A DNA stretch of 62,817 nucleotides, counting the filler, from Actinomycetota bacterium (GTDB lineage: Bacteria; Actinomycetota; Acidimicrobiia; Spongiisociales; UBA4744): the NCBI GenBank assembly GCA_013152275.1. It is 6 parts of 6 records of this genome, joined end to end, with 100 filler letters (N's around TTAATTAATTAA, not from the genome) between each part and the next. Parts side by side here need not be neighbours in the genome. Positions count along the whole stretch, not along the records: positions 1 to 18,007 come from JAADGS010000005.1; 5 more parts are not named here. The stretch is one strand, 5' to 3'. A program made the translations under genes and the position numbers. Under the pieces are notes generated by a model. It was not told where the DNA came from. It searched no databases and saw only the letters and a list, made by a program, of their open reading frames with translations. Below, piece by piece: positions 1 through 10,302 of this stretch; position 1 is the stretch's first letter; each line of letters opens with the position of its first letter.

Positions 1-297
1 CGCGGGTTCTGGGACACCCCCATCGGGTTCGTCACAGAGCTTCCTCACCCACTTCCCCCTGAGGGGGAAGGAAAGAATGGGTCCGGCGCTTCCTTCTGAG
101 GGTGTGGTTCCGGTTGCGCCAGCTCTGGGACACCCACATCGCCTCGAAGACTCACCCACTTCGCCCTGAGGGGGAAGGAAAGAATGGGTCCGGCGCTTCG
201 CCCTGAGGGGGTGGCTCCGGCTGCGCCGGTTCTGGGACACCCCCATCGCCCCGAAGGCTCACCTGCTTCCCCCCGAGGGGAAGCAGGTGAGGGGACC
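1..297. repeat. REP/BIME-like repeat cluster, ~106-107 bp period, with hairpin CTTCCCCCTGAGGGGGAAG
   Basis: ctcacccacttc..ctgagggggaaggaaagaatgggtccggcgcttc at ~45 and ~151; third degenerate unit at ~258; gggacaccc(c/a)catcg three times; same family at 22985, 40006 and 43040. Confidence 0.8.
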
Positions 298-299
298 GG

Positions 300-1313
300 C
301 TACTCGACCGTCCAGGTTCCTGCCGAGCGGAGAAGCTCGTCGAGGTCGCCGACGCCCTTCTTTTCCTGGGCAGTGTCGATCTGCTGCTGGAGAACGTCCT
401 CATAGACCGGCCGCTCCACGCTCCGGAAGATTCCAAGCGGGGTGGGGCCGTGCGGGCCGTGCGACAGGCGGCTCAGTGCGAATGCAACGCTCGGGTTCAC
501 CGCGTGCGCGTCGTGCACGACGATCTGTGACGGATCGACGGATGCCGTCGGAACCACCTTCGCGGCGCCGTTCTCCAGGATCACCGCATGCTCGCCCTCG
601 GGGCCGAACACGACCGGTTTGCCGTGCTCGAGATTGATCCGGTTCTCGTCACGAATCTGCTTCCCGGTCAGTTCCAGGAACGCATGATTGTTGAACACGT
701 TGCAGTTCTGGTAGATCTCGATGAGCGCGGTGCCCCGATGCTCGTACGCGGCCCGGAGAATCTCCATCGTGTGCTTGCGATCCATGTCGATGGTTCGCGC
801 CACGAACGAGGCCTCGGCGCCGAGCGCGAGGCTCACCGGGTTGAACGGCCGATCGATCGAACCCATCGGGCTCGACTTGGTGATCTTGCCGACTTCACTG
901 GTCGGCGAGTACTGGCCTTTCGTGAGGCCGTAGATCTGGTTGTTGAACAACACGAGCTTGACGTTCACGTTGCGGCGCATCAGGTGGATGAAATGGTTCC
1001 CGCCGATCGACAGTGCATCACCGTCGCCCGTGGTCACCCAGACAGACAACTCCGGACGGGTGATTGCGATGCCGGAGGCGATCGCCGGGGCCCGGCCATG
1101 GATGGTGTGCATGCCGTAGGTGTTCATGTAGTACGGGAAACGGGAGGAGCAGCCGATTCCCGAGATCACGACGAAGTTCTCTTTCGGCAGGCCTGCCTCG
1201 GCGAAGAACGACTGGATGGATGCCAGAATGGTGAAATCCCCACAGCCGGGGCACCACTTGACTTCTTGATCGGACTGGAAGTCCTTGCGTGTATAGGTGA
1301 GTGTCTCGGTCAT
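300..1313 (-). CDS. korB: 2-oxoacid:ferredoxin oxidoreductase beta subunit
   Basis: WCPGCGD, GIGCSSR, TIHGRA and the TPP-binding GDGD..NN motif; overlaps the alpha subunit gene. Confidence 0.93.
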   Translation of the reverse strand: MTETLTYTRKDFQSDQEVKWCPGCGDFTILASIQSFFAEAGLPKENFVVISGIGCSSRFPYYMNTYGMHTIHGRAPAIASGIAITRPELSVWVTTGDGDALSIGGNHFIHLMRRNVNVKLVLFNNQIYGLTKGQYSPTSEVGKITKSSPMGSIDRPFNPVSLALGAEASFVARTIDMDRKHTMEILRAAYEHRGTALIEIYQNCNVFNNHAFLELTGKQIRDENRINLEHGKPVVFGPEGEHAVILENGAAKVVPTASVDPSQIVVHDAHAVNPSVAFALSRLSHGPHGPTPLGIFRSVERPVYEDVLQQQIDTAQEKKGVGDLDELLRSAGTWTVE

Positions 1314-3172
1314 GCGAGGATCTCCCGGATCTTCTTCTCGACGGTCGATACCTTGAACGGGAACCCGGTCACCTGGTTGAGGCCCACGGCGGGCACCAGG
1401 TACTCGGCTCGGAGCAGATGACGAAGCTGCCCGGAGTTGACCTCCGGTACGAGAATCGTCCGATACTTCAACAGAATGTCACCGAGGTTGGCCGGGAACG
1501 GGTTCAGGTACCGCAGATGGGCTGTAGCGGCCTTCAAGCCGTCCTTGCGGACCCGCCTGACCGCCCCCATGATCGGTCCATACGTCGAACCCCAGCCGAG
1601 TACCAACAAGTCGGCGTCTTCGTCGCCTTCAACCTCCAACGAGGGAATGTCATTGGCGATGCCTCGGATCTTCCAGGCTCTGATGTCGGTCATCAGCTGG
1701 TGGTTGGCCGGATCGTACGAGACGTTTCCGATGACCTCCTGCTTCTCGAGGCCGCCGACACGATGTTCGAGCCCCGGTGTCCCCGGGATTGCCCACGGCC
1801 TTGCCAACGTCTTCTCGTCCCGCAGATATGGCAGGAAGCGCCCATCCGCGTTCGGTTCGACCGCGAAGGGAACGGAGATGTCCGGCAGCGAGTCGAGGTC
1901 CGGCAGCAGCCATGGTTCCGAGCCGTTGGCGATGTAGTTGTCGGACAGCAGGATCACCGGTGTCATGTACTTGAGAGCGAGTCTGGCCGCCTCGATCGCG
2001 GTATCGAACGCGTCGGACGGCGACTTGGCGGCAAGGATCGGCAGCGGAGCCTCCCCGTGGCGCCCATACATGGCGAAGAGCAGATCCGTCTGCTCGACTT
2101 TCGTCGGCAAACCCGTCGACGGCCCTGCCCGCTGAACATCGATGATCACCAGCGGCAGCTCGATGCTGACCGCCAGCGACACCGACTCACTCTTGAGGGC
2201 GAGGCCCGGTCCGCTGGTTCCCGTCGCGGCGAGGTGTCCGGAGAATGCAGCTCCGATGGCGGAGCCGATACCTGCGATCTCATCTTCCGCCTGGAACGTC
2301 ATGACATCGAAATTCCTGCGCTTCGCCAGTTCCTGCAAAATGTCCGACGCGGGAGTGATCGGGTAGCTGCCGTAGAACAGCCGGAGCCCTGCCGCCTTTG
2401 CAGCGGCGATCAGTCCCCAGGACAGCGCCGTGTTGCCGGTCACATTCGTGTACTCGCCGGGTTCGAGGGCCGCTTTCCGAACGTGGAACGTGTGTTTGAA
2501 CGCGGCCGTGTTCTCGCCGTAGTTGTAGCCACCCTTCAGGGAGGCGATGTTGGCTGCCGCGACCTCGGGTCTGGAGGCGAACTTCTTCTTGAGCCAGTCG
2601 ATCGTGGGGTCGATCGGCCGGGTGAAGATCCATCCGAGCAATCCGAGCGCGAACAGGTTCTTGGATCGCAACGCATCTCTGCTGCTGACCCCGGTGTCCG
2701 CGACGGCGGCCTTCGTGAGACGTTCCATCGGCACCGCGAAGACCCGGTAGCCGTCCAGCGAACCATCTTCCAACGGATTGGATTCGAAACCGGCCTTTTT
2801 CAGGTTCCGAGGTTCGAAAGCGTCGGCGTTCGCGATGATCATGCCGCCTGGTTTCACGCCCTTGAGGTGTGCCTTGAGTGCGGCGGGATTCATTGCCACC
2901 AAGACGTCGGCTTCATCACCTGGCGTGAGAATGTCGAAATCTGCGATCTGCACCTGGAACGAAGAAACGCCGGCGACGGTACCGGCCGGTGCCCTGATCT
3001 CGGCGGGGAAGTTTGGGAATGTTGCGAGGTCGTTGCCGAACAAGGCCGAATCGCTTGTGAAGCGGGTCCCGGCCAGCTGCATGCCGTCACCGGAGTCGCC
3101 TGCAAAGCGGACGATGACCTTGTCGAGCTCTTCTACCTCGTGTGGTTCGAGAGTGGTTGTGTCGTTCGACAC
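1310..3172 (-). CDS. korA: 2-oxoacid:acceptor oxidoreductase alpha subunit
   Basis: FAGDSGDGMQL, YPITPAS, QAEDEIAG, TSGPG and QRAGPSTGLPTK motifs. Confidence 0.93.
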   Translation of the reverse strand: MSNDTTTLEPHEVEELDKVIVRFAGDSGDGMQLAGTRFTSDSALFGNDLATFPNFPAEIRAPAGTVAGVSSFQVQIADFDILTPGDEADVLVAMNPAALKAHLKGVKPGGMIIANADAFEPRNLKKAGFESNPLEDGSLDGYRVFAVPMERLTKAAVADTGVSSRDALRSKNLFALGLLGWIFTRPIDPTIDWLKKKFASRPEVAAANIASLKGGYNYGENTAAFKHTFHVRKAALEPGEYTNVTGNTALSWGLIAAAKAAGLRLFYGSYPITPASDILQELAKRRNFDVMTFQAEDEIAGIGSAIGAAFSGHLAATGTSGPGLALKSESVSLAVSIELPLVIIDVQRAGPSTGLPTKVEQTDLLFAMYGRHGEAPLPILAAKSPSDAFDTAIEAARLALKYMTPVILLSDNYIANGSEPWLLPDLDSLPDISVPFAVEPNADGRFLPYLRDEKTLARPWAIPGTPGLEHRVGGLEKQEVIGNVSYDPANHQLMTDIRAWKIRGIANDIPSLEVEGDEDADLLVLGWGSTYGPIMGAVRRVRKDGLKAATAHLRYLNPFPANLGDILLKYRTILVPEVNSGQLRHLLRAEYLVPAVGLNQVTGFPFKVSTVEKKIREILA

Positions 3173-3262
3173 GTTGGTCCTTTCACGCGTAGAGCAGCCG
3201 TATCTCCCGGTGCTCGGCGTGAGTCTACCGATCCTGGCCGGTAGTCCAAGCAGGTGCCGACG

Positions 3263-4627
3263 TCAGGGAATCGGGGGCGGGGAGAAGGCCGCGATGCGAA
3301 GATTCTCAAGTGCCCTTCCCGTGGCGAGAAGGCGGTGTTCGGCCCACCGGGGAGCTATGAGTTGCAGGGAAGGAGGTGGTGTCCCCGGTGCGCGGAGCGG
3401 CACGCTCAAGGCCGGCACACCCATGTGGTTGACGAGTGAAGAGAACCACGAAAGTACCCTGCGATACGGGACACCATCGATGGTCGGTTCTCCGATCGTC
3501 TTGCGGGTTGCCGCGACCGTCGGTGTCAGAAGCAGGTCCACGTCCTGGAAGGCGAGCGCCGTCGCGTTGCGCAGCTTCGCCGTCCACTCGAGTGCGTCGA
3601 TGTATTGATCGATCGTGATATCGAATGCGGTGCGCAGCCGTTCGGCCACGGCCGGACCGTAGGGTCGGTTCCCGAACCATGGGCGGTGAACGTTCGCGGC
3701 CTCACCGCCGACGATCCATCCACCGTACCGGGACGGCACGAGTGTCGGGGCCCGGAGTTCGGTGACGATCGCACCCGCGTCGGAGATTCGATCGATTGCG
3801 GTCGCGAATGCAGTTACGACGTTCGGGGCCGCGGGAGCGTCGGTGATCCATGGCTGGGGGAGACCGATGCGTATCCCGGAGAGGTCGGCTCGTGCCTCGT
3901 CGGGTATCGGTACCGGGCGGGGAGCCGACCACGGGTCGTGTGGATCGTGTCCTGCCAGAGCCGTGTACAGGAGCGTCACGTCTTCGACGCTTCGTCCGAG
4001 CGGCCCGACCGTGTCCAGTGATTTGGCGAGCGGGAACACTCCGGTGAGCGGAACCCGTCCGTGGGTCACCTTGAGCCCGACAACGCCGCACATGCCCGCG
4101 GGCACGCGCACGGAACCGCCCGTGTCGGTCCCGATCGCGGCGGCAGCGAGACCCGCGGCGACAGCGACGGCGGAACCTCCCGACGACCCGCCGGGGGAAG
4201 TCTGGGTATCCCATGGATTGCGAACGGGACCGAACCAGTGGTTCTCACTCGAGAATCCGTAGGCGAACTCGTGGAGGCCGGTCCTGCCGATGATTACGGC
4301 GCCGGCCGCTTCGAGGCGTTCGACGATGGTTGCCGATCGGTCGGCGATCCGTTTGTAGAAGCCCGAGCCACAGGTCGTGGGGAGTCCCGCCTGATCGATG
4401 AGATCTTTGAGGGCGATCGGAACCCCGGCGAGCGGCCCTGGATCCTGGCCCCGGGCAACCAGCTGGTCAATGATCTTCGCTCGTGCCAGCGCGCGCTCCT
4501 CATCGATGAGCGTGTAGGCGTTGAGCGTGTCCTGGTAGGACTTGCTGCGGTCCAGGGCGCTCGCGATCACTTCCACCGCGCCGATCTCACCTCGACGGAC
4601 GGCTTCTGCGTTGCCGGAGACGTTCAC
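3263..4627 (-). CDS. Amidase signature family protein (GatA/AtzE-like)
   Basis: GVPIALKD, PGGSSGGSA, IGTDTGGSVRVPA; GTG start overlaps the upstream stop (GTGA 4627-4624). Confidence 0.88.
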   Translation of the reverse strand: MNVSGNAEAVRRGEIGAVEVIASALDRSKSYQDTLNAYTLIDEERALARAKIIDQLVARGQDPGPLAGVPIALKDLIDQAGLPTTCGSGFYKRIADRSATIVERLEAAGAVIIGRTGLHEFAYGFSSENHWFGPVRNPWDTQTSPGGSSGGSAVAVAAGLAAAAIGTDTGGSVRVPAGMCGVVGLKVTHGRVPLTGVFPLAKSLDTVGPLGRSVEDVTLLYTALAGHDPHDPWSAPRPVPIPDEARADLSGIRIGLPQPWITDAPAAPNVVTAFATAIDRISDAGAIVTELRAPTLVPSRYGGWIVGGEAANVHRPWFGNRPYGPAVAERLRTAFDITIDQYIDALEWTAKLRNATALAFQDVDLLLTPTVAATRKTIGEPTIDGVPYRRVLSWFSSLVNHMGVPALSVPLRAPGTPPPSLQLIAPRWAEHRLLATGRALENLRIAAFSPPPIP

Positions 4628-5700
4628 CACTCGATGTCGAGAGTGTCGGGGAAGATCGAGATCCATGGTTTGCCCGGGGGGACCGTCAGGGTGGATCCGT
4701 CGGGGCGTTTCAGGTGGAAGACTTCCTCGGTGGAGTCTCTGGTCCACGTGCCCTCTTCGACCTCGCCTCCCGCGAACACGAGGACGCGGCCCGAACCGAC
4801 GGTGTCCATGGCCGGGACGGACTTCCCGTCGGAAGGTTTGGGAGGCCGTGCCGTGTATCTGCGGGCGACGATCACGACGAGCGTGTCCGCTGCGATGGGG
4901 CCGGTTGTGCCATCTTTGGCGAGCCACTCGTGTGGCCTGCCGTCGGATGTGCGCGTGTAGTGCTCGCCGTCCCAGGTCCAGACGGTTCGTGGAGACCAGT
5001 AGAGGGTGATCTTGGTCGCGGGACCGTCGGGTTTGAGCGGTCCCCAGGTGAACAGGTTTGGTGGAGGTGCGTCGGGGAAGCGCAAAGAATCGGCGAGCGC
5101 GCGGAGCGCCGGAGTGCTGCCATACAGGTTATGGGGCGGTTTACGCAGGGAGATGCGGAACATCTCCGGTGAGGGCGCGTAGAGGAGGGGAACGTTCGCA
5201 TTGCGGATGAAGCGGGTGATCCAGTTCGAAGCTCCGCTGATGGCGAAGGTCGCTCCAAGGGGTTTGATCAGTCCAGGGTCGGTTGGGCGTCCAGACCGGA
5301 TCGGTCCGAGATACGTCGAATCACCCACATTGAACAGGGCTATGAATCGTGTGACCCCTTCGACGGGGAGTTCGATGATCGCGTCGGCGTCCGGCAGCCC
5401 CGACTGCGGGCGGGCAGCCGCGTGGTTGTCGATCTTGACGGCGAGCACTCTGCGGTCGATGAGCGCCGGATCGTCGACGGGAAGGCCGTTGAGTGGCGCG
5501 ACCGGACCGTCGTAGACGGTCGTGGTGGTCGTTGGCTCGGCCGTCGTGGTCGTAGCGGCCGTGGTCGTGGTCGTCGCGGCCGTGGTTGTGGTGGTCGTCG
5601 TCACGGCTGCAGTCGTCGTTGCGGTCGTATCCGCGGCCTTCCCCGAGCAGGCCGTCGCGAGCAGAGAGAGGGCGAAGATCGTGATGAGGAGCGATCGCAT
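4624..5700 (-). CDS. DUF3048 (YerB-like) lipoprotein with Thr-rich linker
   Basis: Lipobox LATAC; poly-Thr; VKIDN..ARPQSGL..AD, EG.TRF, GPIRSGR. Confidence 0.85.
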   Translation of the reverse strand: MRSLLITIFALSLLATACSGKAADTTATTTAAVTTTTTTTAATTTTTAATTTTAEPTTTTTVYDGPVAPLNGLPVDDPALIDRRVLAVKIDNHAAARPQSGLPDADAIIELPVEGVTRFIALFNVGDSTYLGPIRSGRPTDPGLIKPLGATFAISGASNWITRFIRNANVPLLYAPSPEMFRISLRKPPHNLYGSTPALRALADSLRFPDAPPPNLFTWGPLKPDGPATKITLYWSPRTVWTWDGEHYTRTSDGRPHEWLAKDGTTGPIAADTLVVIVARRYTARPPKPSDGKSVPAMDTVGSGRVLVFAGGEVEEGTWTRDSTEEVFHLKRPDGSTLTVPPGKPWISIFPDTLDIEW

Positions 5701-5787
5701 GACGGAACGAGTGTAGCGATGCTGCCCGGTTTCCCGTTCCCGGCAGTTGACGCGGCCTCGTCACGGTGGGGCCGTTCTGCCGGATGC

Positions 5788-6804
5788 TCAGAGGAGCGGC
5801 ATCAGTTCGGAGGCGATGCGTTCGAGTGTCTCGGTTTGCCGACTGTACGGCATCCCGGAGAACAGCGAGCGTGCCACGATGTGCAGGGGCACACCGACCC
5901 TGTCCCGCACGGCATGGAGCCGTTCTGCGATCTGCTCCGCGGGCCCGACCATCACCGATGCTCGCAGCTCCTTCTCGGAGGTCGGGTCGAGCGGTGGGGG
6001 AGCGGGAATCGGTCCCGTTCGACCGGCGGAGATCTCCATGTCCTCGTACTTCCAGCGCATGTGGTGGATGTGCTCGCGAATCTCCGACCAGCCCCGGTCT
6101 GCATCGTCGCTCGGGTAGATGATGGCGTAGTACGCCCAGGTGAAACGATCGGGATCTCGGTCGTGGCGGCGCATTTCCTCGGTCGCCATCTCGATCTGGG
6201 CCTCGAGGCCTTCGGGGGCCGCATTGGAGAAGAAGCCGTCCGCGAGTCGGGCAGCCCTGCGCACCGCGGCTGGAGCGCCGCCTCCGATCCAGATGGGGAT
6301 GTGGCCGGTCGGCGTTGGACGTACGGCCAACTCGGGGAAGTCATAGACCTGTCCCTCGTGGTGAAACGGCACGCCGGACCACGCCTTGGGGAGGATGTCG
6401 AGGATCTCGTCCATGGCCTTTCCGCGTGTGTGGAGATCGGCGCCAAAGCCCGCGTATTCGATGCCGGACCAGCCGAGCCCGAGACCGAGGATCAATCGCC
6501 CGCTGCTGATCAGGTCGACGACTGCCGCATCTTCGGCGAGCCGGAGAGGGTGGTGCAGCGGTGCCACGATCACGCCGGTCCCGATTCTGATCCGGGAGGT
6601 GCGCGCCGCCATGGCCGCCGAAAGCGGCAGCAGGGACGGCGCATACCCATCATCGACGAAATGGTGCTCGGTCGTCCAGATGGACGCGTAACCGAGCCGC
6701 TCCGCTTCAACCGTGAGATCGAGCGCCTCTCGATAGAGATCCTCCCACGTCCGCGGATCGCCCGCGGTTCGCTGGCAGGAGATCAGACCGACGCCGAGGT
6801 CCAT
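5788..6804 (-). CDS. LLM class flavin-dependent oxidoreductase
   Basis: [40 protein letters not shown]. Confidence 0.88.
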   Translation of the reverse strand: MDLGVGLISCQRTAGDPRTWEDLYREALDLTVEAERLGYASIWTTEHHFVDDGYAPSLLPLSAAMAARTSRIRIGTGVIVAPLHHPLRLAEDAAVVDLISSGRLILGLGLGWSGIEYAGFGADLHTRGKAMDEILDILPKAWSGVPFHHEGQVYDFPELAVRPTPTGHIPIWIGGGAPAAVRRAARLADGFFSNAAPEGLEAQIEMATEEMRRHDRDPDRFTWAYYAIIYPSDDADRGWSEIREHIHHMRWKYEDMEISAGRTGPIPAPPPLDPTSEKELRASVMVGPAEQIAERLHAVRDRVGVPLHIVARSLFSGMPYSRQTETLERIASELMPLL

Positions 6805-6808
6805 GGGC

Positions 6809-7588
6809 TCACTCCCCACAGCCGGTTCCTCCTTGGATCGACACGACCGTACCGTCGGGTCCGGTGAGAAAACCCCACAGAACTCCGGGTGGGGGGACGG
6901 ACACACTGAAGTAGTCGCCGAACTCGTCCGATGTGATCTCGACGGTGTCTCCGTACGCCGCACGAAGGTCTTCGGTCGTCGAGCCGAGCCCGATGCCCTC
7001 GGCAGTCTTGAGGCCGAGCAGATCGACGTCGAAGAGGACATAGCTGTAGAAGAAGAAGTGGCGTGTCCCCTCATCGGCCCACTGGGTTTGCGCGTCTGTG
7101 TACACGGTGGTCAGGTTCGGCCATTCCAGCACCCGGATCAAAGTGCCGGGGCACGGTCCATAGATCTGGTCCCCTTCGCCGTTCACGGGCGGCACCCACC
7201 CGGTGTCCGAGTTCGGAGGTCCGAGGATTTCCTCGAAGGACGTGATGGCCTGCTCTGCGTCGGTGCCAAACATGATCCCATCGATGTTCTCCGGTCCGAG
7301 AATGAGAATCTCCGACGGCGGGAGGGTCGTGCTGGTCGTGGTGGTCGTCGGCTCGGTGGTCGTCGACGAAGACGTCGTGGTCGGTTGGGTGGTCGTCGGC
7401 TCGGTCGTCGTCGACGAAGACGTCGTGGTCGGTTGGGTGGTCGTCGTGGTGGTGGTCACGGCGGCAACGGTGATCGTGGTCGCTGGTTCGGATGACGGGC
7501 TGGTCAGCGCCACAATGGCAACCCCTGCGAACACGAGTACGACGGCGCCTGCGAGCGCCCCGATGATGCGCTTCTGTGTAGGGGTCAC
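6809..7588 (-). CDS. Membrane-anchored Thr-rich hypothetical protein
   Basis: N-terminal TM helix, duplicated [16 protein letters not shown] linker, C-terminal [11 protein letters not shown]...YG domain. Confidence 0.7.
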   Translation of the reverse strand: MTPTQKRIIGALAGAVVLVFAGVAIVALTSPSSEPATTITVAAVTTTTTTTQPTTTSSSTTTEPTTTQPTTTSSSTTTEPTTTTTSTTLPPSEILILGPENIDGIMFGTDAEQAITSFEEILGPPNSDTGWVPPVNGEGDQIYGPCPGTLIRVLEWPNLTTVYTDAQTQWADEGTRHFFFYSYVLFDVDLLGLKTAEGIGLGSTTEDLRAAYGDTVEITSDEFGDYFSVSVPPPGVLWGFLTGPDGTVVSIQGGTGCGE

Positions 7589-8070
7589 GCGATCCTCGCA
7601 GGGTTCGGCCAGTACCGTGCGATGACCGTGTGGAGCAGTGCATCGATGGGAAGCGGTCCGACCTGCCTGCTGTCACCGGCGGAGAGATGCCGGGCATCGC
7701 CCAGGACGATGGCCTCGTGATCGTCGAGACTCCATTCGGTGTCCGGTCCGGAAGACTGGTCGGTCCAGGGTTCCTCGAGGACCGAGCCGTTGATGAGCAC
7801 GTTGCCGTCTCGTATCGTCACCTGCTCTCCAGGTAGGCCGATGACCCGTTTCACGAGCCAGGACTCGGGCCTGGTCGGATGTTCGAATACGACGATGTCT
7901 CCGCGCTTGGGAGTCCGCTCCCAGGTCAAGACCCGATCACCCGGCCGGAGTGTCGGTGTCATCGAGACTTCGCTGATCTCAAAGCGGGCGAGGCGCTGAT
8001 ACGTCCGGCGCGCCGCAGCACCACCGGCAAGGGCGACGAGCAATGTGCCCGCGATGCGCAGTTTTCCCAT
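7585..8070 (-). CDS. sodX: S26 peptidase, probable NiSOD maturation protease
   Basis: SM.PTL..GD and LVKRV.GLPG Ser/Lys dyad motifs; divergent from sodN. Confidence 0.75.
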   Translation of the reverse strand: MGKLRIAGTLLVALAGGAAARRTYQRLARFEISEVSMTPTLRPGDRVLTWERTPKRGDIVVFEHPTRPESWLVKRVIGLPGEQVTIRDGNVLINGSVLEEPWTDQSSGPDTEWSLDDHEAIVLGDARHLSAGDSRQVGPLPIDALLHTVIARYWPNPARIA

Positions 8071-8140
8071 GGGCCGTCTCCGTTAGCTATGTCCAGAGTG
8101 TATCGTCGGTGGCGTTAGCCCATTCTGCCAGGAGGTATTC

Positions 8141-8557
8141 GTGGGCCTGTTTGCCCCCGTACGTATCGCCCATGCCCACTGTGACCTGTTCTGCGGTGTC
8201 TATGACCCGGCGCAGGCGAAGATCGAGGCTCTGTCGGTACTCAAGATCACGCAGAAGTACCAGGAATCCGACGATCCCGTGTTCCGTGACCGGGCGCTCG
8301 CCCTGAAAGAGGAGCGGGCCGAACTGGTCAAACATCATCTGATGGTGCTGTGGGCCGACTTCTTCGGACCCGAGCACGTCGCGGCGTTTCCGCAGCTTCA
8401 CGATCTGTTCTGGCGTGCGATCAAGCAGGCGGGCATCGCAAAGAAGACCGTCGATCCTGAGGACGGGCGCAGACTGCTCGAGCTGATCGACGAGATCGCC
8501 GAGATCTTCTGGCAGACGGACAAGGCGAAGGCGATGGGGGTTTACCCGCCGAGTTGA
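8141..8557 (+). CDS. sodN: Nickel superoxide dismutase precursor
   Basis: 12-aa leader then Ni-hook HCDLFCGVYDPAQA; KEERAELVKHHL.VLW.D; RBS aggagg. Confidence 0.92.
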   Translation: MGLFAPVRIAHAHCDLFCGVYDPAQAKIEALSVLKITQKYQESDDPVFRDRALALKEERAELVKHHLMVLWADFFGPEHVAAFPQLHDLFWRAIKQAGIAKKTVDPEDGRRLLELIDEIAEIFWQTDKAKAMGVYPPS

Positions 8558-8623
8558 GTGTCGCGTCGCTGCCCGGGAATGCCGTTCGCATGACCGGGCA
8601 GGCCTCGGTCGCCCGGCGGGCTC

Positions 8624-10270
8624 CTACAGAGCCGTGTCGTCCAGTTTGGTGAACAGCGGGCCGATGTCGCCGAGGCGGGTGCCGCCGGGGACATCGGGTC
8701 TGCGCAATCCGCCCTGCGCGGCTTTCAGTCCAAGTATGTCATGGAGGCGAGCCGAGGTGAACGGCAGATAGGGCAGGAACCCGACGCTCAGCCCGGCGAT
8801 TGCCGAAAGCGCAGCCCAGAGAACGGTTGCGGCGCGTTCCCGGTCCTGTTTGATGACCTTCCATGGCTCCTGGGCATTGAGGTAGACGTTGACGACCTGC
8901 GCTCCTTGCATCGCGGTCCGCAGCCCCGAGCGCAACTCGACGTGTTCGATGAGATCGGCCTCGTCGGTGAGGGTCCGGTCGATGGTGTCGAGGAGCTCGC
9001 GATCCTCGGCGGTGAGCGTCCCAGGCATGGGAATCATCCCGTCGAACCTGTGAGCCGTCAGGTTCAGAACCCGGTTCACGAGGTTCCCCCAGGTGGCGAC
9101 CAGCTCTTCGTTGATGCGCCGCACGATCTCGGCATCGGACAGGTCGGTGTCGTTCTGCTCGGGGAGCGACGCTGCAACCGCGTAGCGTAGAGCGTCGGGT
9201 TCGAGCCGATCGGTGTACCAGGTGATGGAACGTCCGATCCCGCGACTGGCCGATCCCTTCTCTCCCTTGAACGTCACGTACTGGTTGGCCGGGACGTCGG
9301 TCGGCAGGTTGAGCCCCTCGTATCCCATGAGTTGACATGGCCAGATGACGGCGTGGAACACGATGTTGTCCTTGCCGATGAAGTAGTACGACTCGGCCTC
9401 CGGGTCCTCCCACCAGGCTCGCCAGGCTTGCGGATCGTCGGTCTGGCGCGCCCACTCCTTGGCAGCGGACAGGTAGCCGATGACGGCCTCGAACCACACA
9501 TAGATACGTTTGCCCTCTCCCAGATCCGAGAACTCGGGGGGGAGCGGGATTCCCCAGGTCATATCCCGCGTGATGGCTCGATCGTGGAGGCCATCCTTCG
9601 TGAATCCGATCGCCATGTTCTGGACGTGCTTGCGCCAGCCCTGTCGTGATTCCAGCCAAGCCAACAGGCGTTCCTCGAATGCGGACAGGCGCAGGAAGTA
9701 GTGCTCGGTCTCGCGCATCACCGGGGTGGTGCCGGAGAACCGGCTGCGAGGATCGATCAGATCCTCGGGGTCGAGCTGACGGCCGCAATCGTCGCACTGA
9801 TCGCCGCGCGCCCCGGTGTATCCACAGAACGGGCAGGTCCCCTCGACGTACCGGTCGGGCAGAAAACGGTCGGCCTCGGCGTCGTAGAACTGCGGCGTCG
9901 ATTTGGCAACGATGTACCCGTGCTCGTGGAGACGCCGGAAGACGTCCCAGGTGACTTCCCGGTGATTGTCGGTCCCTGTCGTCGTGTACAGGTCCCACGA
10001 GATGCCGAGACTCTCCCAGTTGGAGAGGAACTCCTGGTGGTACCGATCGACGATGACCGACGGTTCCACTCCCTCCTGGTCGGCGCGCACGGTGATCGGA
10101 GTCCCGTGGACGTCGCTTCCGGAGACCATCAGGACCTGGTTGCCTGCCAGACGGTGGTAGCGGGCAAAGATGTCGGCCGGGAGGTACGCGCCGGCAAGGT
10201 GACCGAGGTGCCGCGAGCCGCTTGCGTACGGCCACGCGACGGCGACGAGGATATGCCGAGAGTCACTCAT
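8624..10270 (-). CDS. metG: Methionine--tRNA ligase (short form, no C-terminal Trbp domain)
   Basis: AWPYASG..HLGH, SGSDVHG, Zn-knuckle CPFC..GDQCDDC, YVWFEA, FIGKDN. Confidence 0.95.
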   Translation of the reverse strand: MSDSRHILVAVAWPYASGSRHLGHLAGAYLPADIFARYHRLAGNQVLMVSGSDVHGTPITVRADQEGVEPSVIVDRYHQEFLSNWESLGISWDLYTTTGTDNHREVTWDVFRRLHEHGYIVAKSTPQFYDAEADRFLPDRYVEGTCPFCGYTGARGDQCDDCGRQLDPEDLIDPRSRFSGTTPVMRETEHYFLRLSAFEERLLAWLESRQGWRKHVQNMAIGFTKDGLHDRAITRDMTWGIPLPPEFSDLGEGKRIYVWFEAVIGYLSAAKEWARQTDDPQAWRAWWEDPEAESYYFIGKDNIVFHAVIWPCQLMGYEGLNLPTDVPANQYVTFKGEKGSASRGIGRSITWYTDRLEPDALRYAVAASLPEQNDTDLSDAEIVRRINEELVATWGNLVNRVLNLTAHRFDGMIPMPGTLTAEDRELLDTIDRTLTDEADLIEHVELRSGLRTAMQGAQVVNVYLNAQEPWKVIKQDRERAATVLWAALSAIAGLSVGFLPYLPFTSARLHDILGLKAAQGGLRRPDVPGGTRLGDIGPLFTKLDDTAL

Positions 10271-10302
10271 GGTCGCGCAGCGTACCAGGGGCGCGCCTAT
10301 GC

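Noticed and set aside
1301..3244. Long antisense or alternative-frame ORFs (e.g. 647 aa here, 14369-15853, 36041-37867, 40039-41439)
   Set aside because: Shadows of well-supported genes in high-GC DNA, with no recognisable motifs.
3263..4627. gatA
   Set aside because: No gatC or gatB adjacent, and it reads as a generic amidase; symbol withheld.
7330..7460. DNA repeat element
   Set aside because: Explained by the duplicated Thr-rich linker in the protein.
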